Source of the DNA: Felis catus | Taxonomy: Eukaryota | Reading direction: 5' to 3' | Assembly: GCF_018350175.1 (NCBI RefSeq) | Contig: NC_058373.1 | Span: forward strand, 100,132,001-100,196,000 | DNA length: 64,000 bases | Shown: positions 39,306-53,099 of the stretch, in pieces | Layout of the letters: every line of letters starts with the position of its first letter | How positions within the stretch are numbered: position 1 is the first letter of the stretch | Program-made: the position numbers and the translations under genes | Notes under the pieces: model-generated | Told to the model about the DNA's origin: nothing | What the model saw: the letters and a program-made list of their open reading frames with translations, nothing else | Database searches by the model: none

Positions 39306-39499
39306 TAGCCTACTCCTTCTGTTCCTGGAGGAACCGTGTTACCACCAATAGGCTATCTGTGTTATCCTGATAGTCTATCCTGATACAGAGATTGCACACT
39401 GCCTACTTCACTGCCATCTCAGTGTATCACAAAGTCTTTGGTGGTTCCAGGAGAGCAGTGGTCTCACAATATTCTGGCCTCTCAAGGGACGAACAGACA

Positions 39500-39960
<461 letters not shown>

Positions 39961-40676
39961 AGGGACAAGGCGCTTTGTCATCCGGCCCTGAGGTTGGGAG
40001 GTACAGCCTCTTGAACAGTAGAAATGGCCCACTCTGGTCCAGGTGACAGAGAGAACATCCCTATTTCTGAGATGGAAGTGGAAGAAGACTAGAGAAGGAG
40101 TGGGGAAGAAGTGGGCCAGGGATGTTTGCCAGGTTGGGGTGCAAGAAGGGGGGTGTAAATGAGTCCTGGGACCCAGAACGGAGGCTTGAGTCATGGAAGC
40201 TCAAGCAAGAAGTGAGACTCGAGGTGATGGCTTGTTATTGGGGTGGAAAGCCGGAGCGGAGCCCATCGGTGGGACATAATAACCCTCCTCGTCTTTCCTC
40301 GTATTTTGAGTTGTACTCCATCAGGCACACAAGTTTCCCTTGCCTCCTGAACTAAAAGGGCGCTTGCGTATTTTCGTAGTGCACTTTCACTGAAAAGCCA
40401 GATAGTTTGATTAAATGAAGAAAGACCATAACCATATAATTCTGTGGGTCACTGCAGCTGTTGACTTTATTTAGGGTGGAAAGCCATAGAGTATTAATCC
40501 GTGTAGGTGGCTGAAGAGATGAGGAAGGGTCTCTTTTATCATTTGGATTTGTAGTCGCAAATCCAAAAGTGTCGGTGTCAATATCTGTTAACAATGTAAC
40601 AATGTTACGAATGTGCTTGAATAAGTATTGCCAATCAAGAAAATAAAAATATGGTGCTTTTAAACTGTAACATTTC

Positions 40677-40887
40677 GGGGAGCCTGGTTGGCTCAGTAGG
40701 TTAAGCCTCCAACTTGGTCTCAGGTCATGATCTCCTAGCTCGTGAGTTCGAGCCCCGCGTTGGCCTCTGTGCTGACACCTCAGAGCCTGGAGCCTGCTTT
40801 GGATTCTGTTTCTCCCTCTGTCTCTGCCCCTCCCCCCCGCTCACACTCTCTGTCTCTCAAAAATGAATAAAAATTAAAAAAAAAAAA
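40677..40887 (+). mobile_element. CanSINE in PSMC6 intron 1
   Basis: TSD aaactgtaa(c/g)atttc. Confidence 0.9.
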
Positions 40888-41053
40888 CTGTAAGATTTCA
40901 TTTTGAAAAATGTCCTCTGCAAATGGAATTATTTCTTTTGTGGTTTCAGATAGTGAATATAAATTATATGTAAGGTGAAATAGACTGAAACAAACTTAAA
41001 TAAATAAAGTAATACTTAGTGACTTAAACTCACTAAGATTATTGTTTAATTAA

Positions 41054-41347
<294 letters not shown>

Positions 41348-41536
41348 TGAACTTTTGAAATGCTTATTATTTTAATGACAGTAATGAAGGGAGATGATAT
41401 TCTTGCATAGACTTAAATTTTCTTTCAACTATTACCTTCTTGGAGGACAGGAATAAAACTCAACCTACCATCAATGTGGATGTATTTATTTTTTACTTTC
41501 TATTTTTCAATTTGTCCTTTCATTCTCTTCCTCTAG

Positions 41537-41589
41537 TCATTGTTAAAGCCACAAATGGACCACGATATGTTGTGGGTTGTCGTCGACAG
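41537..41589 (+). CDS. PSMC6: PSMC6 exon 4 (53 nt)
   Basis: (F)IVKATNGPRYVVGCRRQ, OB-fold region, AG/GT boundaries. Confidence 0.96.
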
Positions 41590-43142
41590 GTAACATTTTA
41601 CATTTGTATAGTGCTTTATAATTGATAAAAGTGCTTTTGTAAATATGTTATTTAATTCTTGAGGTAAGCAGGTCAGGCATTACGCCTGTAACTCCTAAAG
41701 GTGATTTGTCCAGATATAACTAACAAAACTTGATCTCAAACTATGGGCATTGACTCCTGGTATTCTCTACTTTCTACACTTATCACATTGTGTCAGTCAA
41801 CTCTACATATTTAGAAATCTAAGAATTTTGGAACTGGGAAATATCTCAGGTCATTTTATTTTAATGTCTTTTTTGAAGAGACTTAGACCTTATCAGTTAC
41901 TTATGTCTTATATTTAAACATTCGGAAATGTTACTCAAAGACTTTGCTGTAGCCTGAGTTGATTTGGTGATTTGGTATGCTTTCATTTAGATTAGAATAG
42001 GCAAATGGAAATAACTGCCAATTTCATTTTTAGAATACATGTTGGCATTCAAAAATGCCAACAAATGACTTTAAATAATTTAGTAGCCTCTGAGGCCAAT
42101 TTATGTGCTATCCTATTCTTCAGGAAGGATCCTTAAAACATTCTTATAAATTCATTGAAAGAACTTTTTCTGAGTATTTGTCATATCAGGTTCATGTTTG
42201 AAAACATTGATACAACATGACTGTAGAGTAGACTATAACACAGGGACTAAATCTTATTCTAGCATTGTGCCTAGCATATAAATGGGAAGACATTTTCTAA
42301 ATCAAAATATTAAATGTCTAGTCTGACAAAAGATTTTATGTCCCTTACAGGGCCTTCTGGATTCCAAGAGTTGGTATTTCTAAGATATTTCATGGTTGTA
42401 TGAGGGCAAGAGTATTTGAAAACTGGGAAATCTTAGAAAAGCCTGAGTCTGTATTCTCTGTAGATATAAATGTTGAAATAGATTTACATTGATTTTTGTT
42501 CGGCTCTTTTTTTTAAGTATCTCACTTATTAGCAAATTTTTTTTTTTTTAAGATTTTATTTTTAAGTAATCTCCACCCCCAAGGTGGGGTTCCAACTTAC
42601 AACCCTGAGAGCAGGAGTTGCATGCTCCACCCACTGAGCCAGCCAGGCGCCCCACTAGCAACTTTTTAAAGTTCAATCCATTATATTAAAACTAGTATTT
42701 TTGCCTATCTCCACTTCATTTTAATTGGCACTAAATCCTGAACTTAGAGTTCTTTGCAAAATCCTGTGAAAAGTAGTAATTTGTATTCTGAAATTGTATT
42801 GGCAAGTTGTTTTTTGAACTATCAAAAAGTAATTTTGGAAAGGTAACACCCTGAGTGTGAGGTGAATCTGTTGGATAGTCTCTATCTAATTCTAGCCAAA
42901 TAAGTTACCCTGCCTAAGTATGCCAGTAAGTTGTTTAGTATGATTCAGCCTAATAGATAATTTATTTAGCATGGTATCTGGCATGTGGCAAAAGCATGAA
43001 TGATGGTTCTGGGGTTTTTTGTTTTTGTTTTTAGCATTTTAATAAAAACCTCTAAAGGGGTACAAAATGAGTATATTTCTCCTATAGTCAAGTAACATGT
43101 TCTTCCCCAAAGCTGTAGTTTTTAAGATAAATCTAAAGGGCA

Positions 43143-43251
43143 TATTACCATATATAAATATATCAGAGTAACACCGTATACCTTAAACTTATATAGTGTT
43201 ATATGACAAATTTATTTAATAAAAAATAAAATAGATTTTAAAAGAAAAAAA
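43143..43251 (+). mobile_element. Severely 5'-truncated L1 3' end
   Basis: 'tataccttaaacttatatagtgttatatgacaaattta' plus A tail, TSD taaagggca (43134-43142 / 43252-43260). Confidence 0.7.
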
Positions 43252-43738
43252 TAAAGGGCACACCTTTAAAGTGCTTCCCTTTCCTTACCCCAAAATATTC
43301 ACCTACAGATTTCTATATAAGTGCTTTGGTACAAATGTACCTATAGATTTCTGTGTAAGTGCTTTGGTACAAATTGCCAAAGTCACTATATTATAGTGCC
43401 TGAATCAAAATAAACTACGAAAATAGCCTTTGGAAGTAAAATAAAAATATCCATTTTTTTCTTTAAAAGCAAGGCATTTTCCACCACAAACTTTGTATAT
43501 TAGTGATTTCACATTTCACGCTGAGGTTGCATAAAGGGCATTATTTTTTTAAAGGAAGTAACTTTGAATTATTACTTTTACAAGCCCTTCTGTTGGCATG
43601 GTGTTTATAATCTAATATTAGTGTTCTCTCTGAAGACTGAAAGTGATTATGTGGCTTCTAAATATTGTGCTTTTTTTTTTTAGAGTAGTATTTTCCCTTT
43701 TAAGTGTTTACGTAACACTTTTTGTTTTATAAAATTAG

Positions 43739-43806
43739 CTTGACAAAAGTAAGCTGAAGCCAGGAACAAGAGTTGCTTTGGATATGACTACACTAACTAT
43801 CATGAG
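43739..43806 (+). CDS. PSMC6: PSMC6 exon 5 (68 nt)
   Basis: LDKSKLKPGTRVALDMTTLTIM(R), AG/GT boundaries. Confidence 0.96.
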
Positions 43807-43987
43807 GTAGGTTTCTTATTCTACCTTTTCCTTTCACAGAGAGAAGTTTTTATGCATAGTATATGCTTCTTGAGATCACTGAATATTTTGCCACTTTTTC
43901 CCTTTTACTAATTTCTAATTAAACACATTTTTATAAGATCATTTATAGATGCTTACATAAGCAAGTAATTTATACTCTGTAGGCTGA

Positions 43988-44173
<186 letters not shown>

Positions 44174-44584
44174 TGAACTTATTAACAAATAGTACTGGTT
44201 TTATGATACCCAAAGGGAGAAAGAAAATGAAAGATTACTTTGTCCAAATAGTGGTTACTGAATATTATACATTTAATATTCTTGCTGAGAGAAAAATTGC
44301 ACTGAATTTCTAGCTCTGAAAATTATAGATATTGTTGATTTGGAGATAATTTGGTGTTGGAAAAACTCTGCTCTTTTTGTGACCAAAAAAAAAAAAAAAG
44401 CTAATAATTGATATAAATCCAATGCCCATGCTATCTGTGGTTTTGATTATCCTAGGTTGCTGGGATCAGAGCATATATAGATAACGTGTGTAATACAGTT
44501 TTTCCCGTAACCTTACTAATATTAGCTTCCCATCCTTAAAGTCAGTTACCTGTACCTTAAATACATTTTTTTAAGATGTCAAAA

Positions 44585-47386
44585 CAATTTTTTTAAAGTA
44601 ATCTCCATACCCAAGGTGGGGCTTGAATTCAAAACGCTGAGACAAAGAGTCTCATGCTCCACAAACTGAGCCAGCCAGGCTTCCTGTACCTTAAACATGT
44701 TATTTTGATAAAGCTGTTTGCTGCCATTTAAGAAAAATATTGGCCTTAGGGTGACATAACCCTTTTAAGCTCTTCGGATCAAATCAGGATTGCCTTGCTT
44801 CATGGCACAGATGGCTTTTTTGTTTGTTTGTTTGTTTGTTTGTTTGTTTGTTTGTTTTGAGAGGGGAGGGACAGAGAAAGAGAAGAATCCCAAGCAGGCT
44901 CTGCTCTGTCAGCACAGAGCCTGATGCAGAGCTCGATCTCATGGACCTCGAGATCATGACCTGAGGCATCAAGAGTCGGACACTTAACTGACTGAGTCAC
45001 TGAGGTGCCCCATAGATAACTTCTTAACAATTCTCTTTAAAATTTTTTTTAATGTTTATTTATTTTTGAGAGAGAGAGAGACAGAGAATAGGAGAGGGGC
45101 AGAGAGAGGGAGACACAGAATCTGAAGCAGGCTCCAGGCTCTGAGCTGTTAGCACAGAGCCTGATGGGGGCTTGAACCCATGAACTGTGAGATCATGACC
45201 TGAGCTGAAGTCAGATGCTTAACTGACTGAGCCACCCAGGCGCCCCTTAACAATTCTCTTTAAAAGCAAATTACATTGTCCCATTGGTTTCATCCTAATT
45301 TATGATGGCAATATGTAGGAATGAATGAGGATAGTTGGTATAGTTTACATCATCTGATTTAAGCCTTAAGCCAGTAGTTTTCAGATATCAGCATATTAAG
45401 TTTTCTGGAACTCTTATTAAAGATGCAGATTCCTAGGCCCTCTGCATGATATTGATGCAGTAGATTGGGGGTGGAACTCAAGAATTAGCATTTAAGCATT
45501 CCAGGTGACTATGAAAGCAAATTATTCTCCTCCTCCTCCTCCTCCTCCTCCTCCTCCTCCTCCTCCTCCTTCTTCTTCCTTATTTTTAAAAAAATGTTTA
45601 TTTATTTTTGAGACAGTGAGAGAGACAGATCATGAGCAAGGGAGGGGCAGAGAGAGGGAGAGAGAGAATCTGAAGTAGGCTCCAGGCTCTGCGCTGTTAC
45701 CACAGAGCCCGATGCAGGAGTTGAACCCATGAACCATGGGATCATGACCTGAGCTGAAGTCAGACACAACCAACTGAGCCACCCAGGCTCCCTGAATCCA
45801 AATTATTTTTGACCATACTTGAGGAAGCACTAGCCTAATTCTAAATAAAAGTCTATTCTTCTCACTTTGTGGTTAATGAAAGGGCAACAGGAAGAGCAAG
45901 TGCTTCATGGAACTATGAAATCTTGTCTTTGACAGTGATTTGCTACATCAGCCACAGGAGCAGAAAGAATGTCTCTCTCTCTGTCTCTCTCATACAAAAA
46001 CATACACATACATAATCCACGCACATGTAGTACTTTTCCATCTGCAGACACTAAGAATATGGATTCTTACACTCTGCTTAGTCACACCTCATGAACACAA
46101 CTATTCAGTAGAAGCTTATGTCTCAAGTTACTGGTACTATAAAGAGTTTAAGCTGGGCATCAAACCCTCAATTATTCTCCAGCTTTCTTTCCTTAAATCA
46201 GTCTTAGTAGGATATTGAGAGCAGACTATATGGTTCTTTTTTTAAAAAATTAATTTATTTACTTTTCTAATCTCTATACCTGTCATGGAGATTGAACTCA
46301 TGACCCTGAGATCAAGAGTCACGTGCTGTCCCAACTGAGCCAGCTAGGCGGCCTTAATATATGGTTCCTTTAAGGCTGCTATGGCAAAATGACAACATAT
46401 GAAAATTTTTTATGCCTTTTCCCCTAATGGCCGTTCTAACTTACTAAATTTCTTCATTTCGTAATTATTTTGTGTTGCATTCCCAAATGCAAAATAATAT
46501 AGGTCTTTTTTGCTTACCTCATTTTTTTTGTAGTATGATTTTTCATTGAGGTGTGATTTACATTCAGTAAAATGCACAGTATTTTTTTGTGAAGTTTATT
46601 TATTTTGAGAGAGAGCAGCAGCATGCATGTGTGAGCAAGAGAGGGACAGGGAAGGAGGGAGAGAATCCCAGGCAGGCCCTGCGCTGTCAGCTGCAGAGCT
46701 TGATGCAGGGCTCTAACTCACGAACCGTGAAATCACGACCTGAGCTGAAACCAAAGTCGGACGTTTAACTGACTGAGCCACCCATGTGCCCCTGCAGATA
46801 TTTTTAAAAGTTTATTTATTTATTTTGAGACAGAGCATGTGTACGCACGCACATGAGTTGGGGAGGGGCAGAGAGAGAAGCCTAAGCAGGCTGTGTGCAG
46901 ACAGCTGGATCGAACTCACGAACTGTGAGAACATGACCTGACCCAAAATCAAGAGTTGGATGCTTACTGACCGAGCCACCCATGTGCCCCTAAAATGCAC
47001 ATACTTTTTAAGTATACAATTCAAATGTGTTTTGACAAATTATGTCTGTGTAACCATCTCTTTAGTTAAGTGTGTAGTTTGTTAAAATAACTACTAAGGG
47101 CTTTTAAATTGATTTTTACATAAAAATTTTTTCTTAAATCTACCTGAAGAAGAATCTCTAATACAAATATCTTTATAAGGGTGTCTGGGTGGTTCAGTTA
47201 ATTAAGCATCTCACTCTTGATTTTGGCTCAGATCATGATCTCAGTTTGTGAGATCAAGTCTCAAATCAGGCTCTGCACTGACAGTGTGGAGCCTGCTTGG
47301 AATTCTCTCTACCTCTCTCTCTCTGCCCCTCCCACACATGCACATGTTCTCTCTCTCTCAAAATAAATAAATAAACTTAAAAAAAT
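44585..47386. mobile_element. SINE-dense part of PSMC6 intron 6: about eight CanSINEs plus a MER5A-like element (about 45372-45830)
   Basis: Multiple SINE bodies with TSDs, (TTTG)n at 44819-44857, (CCT)n/(CTT)n at 45527-45580. Confidence 0.8.
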
Positions 47387-47526
47387 AGCTTTACATAGCA
47401 TAGAATTCTAGATCTATTATGAATTACAATATGTACACCTAATTATGCTGATATTTTACTTGAAGTATTTTAAAGTTCATCAAAATCTTTACTGACTTTT
47501 TAAGAAACATGCAACTTCTTTTCTAG

Positions 47527-47616
<90 letters not shown>

Positions 47617-47829
47617 TAGTGTTGAATTATGTCTGACCTACTAATAAATGAATGAATGAAGGAATAAAAAAGTAAGGTGAAAATTTAATGTGGGCTATTA
47701 CAACCTCCACTCTATTCATAGTGGGGAAGGTATAGGAGATGTGTGTCTGCTGTTCTCTCAGGTGTGCTTAGTCTTCTTGTGCCTCATAGGATATGCATCT
47801 TAACATGCTGTATGATTCTAGTGCATTGG

Positions 47830-49150
47830 TCCTATGTGGTTCACAGACCTCTGGCTGTTCCCGAGACACTTTCAAGGAGTCTGCAAGGTCAGACCTTACT
47901 TTGATAATACTAAGACATTAGTTGCCATTTTCACAGTGTTTACTTCTGTGATGATGATGCAAAAACAATGTGGATAAAATCACTCATGCCATAGCATGAA
48001 TCAGTTAAGTCAGTGGCATGAAGTGGTACTAATAGTCATTGTGTTATTGACTGCTCACACTTGTAGTATGAAACAAAACAAAAATAGGAGTTTTACTTTA
48101 AAATGTCCTTATCGAAGCAGTAAAAATTATTTTTATTAAATCCTGATCTTTGAATAATGTTTTGTATCCTATGTGATGAAATGGAAAATCTGTGCAAAGC
48201 ACTTTTGTTGCATAATGGATAGAGTAGTTATGTCTAGGAAAAGCACTTGTGCAGTTATGTGAGTTGCCAGCTGAATTAGCTGCTTCTAATGGAATATAAT
48301 TAAAATATTTTTTTTTTTTACTGTTCATTTTTTTTTGAGAGACAGAACAAGCAGAAATGGGGGAGAGAGGGAGGGAGACAGAATCTGAAGCAGTCTCCAG
48401 GCTCTGAGCTGTCAGCACAGAGCCCGATGTAGGGCTCAAACTCATGAACCATGAGATCATGACCTGAGCCAAAGTCAGACGCTTAACTGAGCCACCCAGG
48501 AGCCCCTGGAATATAATTTTTTTTTAATGTTTATTTTTGTGTGAGAGAGGGAGAGAGTGAGAGCGGGGGAAGGGCAGAGATAGAGGGGGACAGAGGATAT
48601 GAAGCAGACTTTACTCAGACAACAAAGAGCTTGATGCAGAATTTGAACTCATGTACCAAGATCATGACCCAAGCCGAAGTTGGCCGCTTAACTGACTGAG
48701 CCACCCAGGCACCCCTCATGGAATATTATTTTGTCTTTCAAACATGATTTACAGACATTTCTGTCATTGTCAGGCTGCTTATTGGTTATTCAGACTGGTT
48801 ATTGCTTATCTGGCAAACAGTTTTTCAAAAATGAATTAAGTTAGCCTGTTATGTTAAAACAACTAACACTGTCTGTAACCAGTGATAAAAAGTTGAGCTT
48901 TCAACCAAAATTAGTTTTTGAAAACTTACATCTGACAACCTTCTAATGCTAATACTTAGGAGATGAGATGGGTGATATTCACAAATGTGATTTTTAAATA
49001 ATTGTATATTAAAAAATGCCAACATGTAGAAGATTTTCATAACTCACTGAACCAATAGTTTCCAAATAAGCAATATTTGATGTTACAATATGCATAGGTA
49101 AAAGATCCATTCATTATGCAGGATAGACCAATGGATTATCAGGTAACATA
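47830..49150 (+). mobile_element. Charlie1-like hAT DNA transposon remnant interrupted by two SINEs (48305-48506, 48519-48716)
   Basis: Decayed transposase-like stretch 'ctatgtgatgaaatggaa...aaagcacttttgttgcat...ttatgtctaggaaaagcacttgtgcagtta'. Confidence 0.72.
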
Positions 49151-49315
49151 AAAGGCTTCTATTGTAGTGCCTGTAAATAGGGGTTGAGATATTTTTGAAT
49201 ATAGGTATTCAGTATGCTTAGAATTACAAGAGATGTTTTGAATAAAATTTAAAATTTTAATATTGAGAGTAGAAGTGCTTTAGAATTTTAAATGGAAATT
49301 CTCTTTAGGATTTAG

Positions 49316-49501
<186 letters not shown>

Positions 49502-49549
49502 TAGCTATTGAGATTAAATTTTATTTGAATTGTTTTATGTTTACCTTAA

Positions 49550-49708
<159 letters not shown>

Positions 49709-49851
49709 TAAAATTTATTTTAAACTTTTCTTGAAAGTGTTGGAAAATTTTTAAAAAATCTAAAGGAACTCCTCTTCCTGCCCCCACCAGCTTTACCTCT
49801 AATTGTAATTTGTATGAAGTAGCAAAATGAATTGACTCTTACTTTAAATTC

Positions 49852-52087
49852 TTTTTTAAAAAAAATTTTTTTTAATGTTTTTATTTATTTCTGAAGGATA
49901 GAGAGAGAGAGCATGAGCGGGAGAGGAGCAGAGAGAGAGGGAGACATAGAATTTGAAGCAGGCTCCAGGCTCTAAGCTGTCAGCACAAAGCCCAATGTGG
50001 GGCTCGAACTCACGAAGTATGAGATGATGACTTGAGCCGAAGTCGGATGCTTAACCGACTGAGCCACCCAGGCACTCCTAAAAAGAATTCTTAAAGAAGT
50101 TTAATTTTGACATTGACAAAATGAGACATGTCATACCAAAATCAATTCTAACTTTGTCAGTATGATTTTTACTATTTAATTCTTAATCTTCATGTTTTTA
50201 ACTCCAGACATTATCATTCTTTTGTTAAATGATGATTGTAGAGGAAGAGAGTAATGCATGATTTTCCATATCATTATTTTAGGTGGTCGTCGGTTTTCTG
50301 AGGGTACTTCAGCTGATAGAGAGATTCAGAGAACTTTAATGGAGGTAATACTTGGTAACGGTTTAAAAAGAAGCCTGTATGTATGTATGAAAACATGGGT
50401 ATTGGAAGGGCAAAATATGTACAATTGTTTAAATGAAGAACACACTTAAGTATGAAATTTGAAAATTTGATCTGGAATAAACACATTTCTCTACCACAAT
50501 CTCTAGTAAGAAAATATCCACCAGAAAATAATAGGGGTATCTACAAAATTCCATTTGATGTACAGCTATATAATTCCATGTATTTTGAACAGACCAACTA
50601 TTTAGATGTTTAAATTTTTTTTTAATGTTTATTTACTTTTGAGAGAGAGGACAGAGTGCGAGCTGGGGAGGGGCAGAGAGAGAGGGAGACACAGAATTCG
50701 AAGCAGGCTCCAGGCTCTAAGCTGTCAGCACAGAGCCCAATGTGGGGCTTGAACTCATGAACTGAGATCATGAAGTCGGGCGCTTAACCGGCTGAGCCCC
50801 CCAGGTGCCCCAACCATTCAGATACTTAAATTGTATATTGTTCTTCTGATAATTCACATTCTGTGAACACGATCTTGTGCTAGTTTTGTTAAGATGTCTT
50901 ATGAGTAATGGACATATTAAAACTGGTGGCAATAAATGAGTTATGAATGAGGCTGCTCTAAAAATCACTAATACTTTCCTCTCTTGCTTTATTGCTGAGA
51001 ATAAGAAGAAACTAAAATAGTTTTGATAATTGAAGAAGATGGATGATGGAATATTAGAACGTACATATAGCCTTTCCCCACTCCAAATTCTGTGAAAGCG
51101 ATGGCAAGATCCCAAACACATTTTGCAACTTCTACAAAGACAAGCTAGGTAGCATAGGTAATACAGTGCCAAATTCTACCTCAGTAGGAGTATTTGAAAA
51201 TTGCTTTTTGTAAATTATAATGATCTGCTTAGAATATATACAGTATTTTCAAGTTAGTAATAGATTCTCTTAGAAACCTTAAATTGAGGTATTTTTTTTT
51301 AATTTTTTTTTATAACATTTATTTATTTTTGAGGCAGAGAGAGACAGAGCATGAACGGGGGAGGGTCAGAGAGAGGGAGACACAGAATCTGAAACAGGCT
51401 CCAGGCTCTGAGCTGTCAGCACAGAGCCCGACGCGGGGCTTGAACTCACAGCCCTCACGGACCGTGAGATCATGACCTGAGCTGAAGTCGGCCGCTTAAC
51501 CGACTGAGCCACCCAGGTGCCCTAAATTGAGGTATTTTAAGACAACACAGATGCTAGTCTTATTCAGGTAACTGATGTGTTGTTAGCTAACAGATATTTT
51601 GGAAAAGAAATAGGCATATTCTTAAGCTAGCTATATTTAAAAAAATTTTTCTTAATGTTTATTCATTTTTGAGACAGACAGAATGTGAGCAGAAGGGTAG
51701 AGAGAGGGAGACACAGAATTCAAAGCAAGCTCCAGCCTCTGAGCTATCAGCACAGAGCCCAATGTGGGGCTCAAACCCACAAACCACGAGATCATGACCT
51801 GAGCTGAAGTCGGATGCTTAACCAATTGAGCCACCCAGACGCCTCATGCTAGCTGTATTTTATTATTTAAAAAAAATTTTTTTTAAATGTATGTTTATTT
51901 TTGAGAGAGAGAGAGGGACAGAATGTGAGTGGAGGAGGGATAGAGAGAGGGAGACAGAATCCGAAGCAGGCTCCAGGCTCTTAGTTTTCACCACAGAGCC
52001 CAACATGGGGCTCGAACTCATGAGCTATGAGATCATGACCTGAGCCAAAGCCAGATGTTTAACCGACTGAGCCACCCAGGTGCCCCC
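49852..52087 (-). mobile_element. Five antisense CanSINEs in PSMC6 introns 9-10 (about 49852-50078, 50613-50810, 51293-51522, 51640-51845, 51865-52087)
   Basis: SINE bodies with TSDs, e.g. taaattgaggtatttt. Confidence 0.85.
50283..50344 (+). CDS. PSMC6: PSMC6 exon 10 (62 nt)
   Basis: (G)[24 protein letters not shown] boundaries. Confidence 0.97.
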
Positions 52088-52675
52088 ATGCTAGCTGTAT
52101 TTTAAAGAGTTTGTTGAATGCAGTTAGGCATTTCAATATTTATTCAAAAAACCTTTTAGGAATTGAAGTATGTTTAGTGTCTCAGTATTTCTATATATAA
52201 TAGAATTATTTAAAAGCTAATAGATTTATTATCAGACTTACAGAAATGTCATTGTATCTGCTTATCTGAATGTAAATTTATGTTTGGCTAACTTAAGACA
52301 CACATTAGATTTTATTAATAGTGTTTATTTTTAAAAGGAACTATGAAAACAATTTGAATATTGGAAATTAGATCCACATAATTTAGTTTTTTAACTCTTG
52401 ACTAGGTGGAAGCCTTCAGATTTATTAAACCTTTTTGATAGCTGTAACAAGGTACATAATTAAATAGTCTGTCTTGGAACTATGAGGCTAGAAAACATGC
52501 TTTTATAAGAGAAAGAAAAGATACTCCATCAAATAGTCATTCTGAAGATTGCATACTATCTGTAGACAATATATTTTATGGTATTAGACACATAAAAGTT
52601 GTGTATGGTTTAGTTTTTAATGGTTGGGATGTTTTATAAAAGTCTGTCAATGATTTTTGTTTATAAATATATTAG

Positions 52676-53054
<379 letters not shown>

Positions 53055-53099
53055 TGATAATCTACCAAATCTGGTCTTAAATTCAGCAAATGCCTTAAA

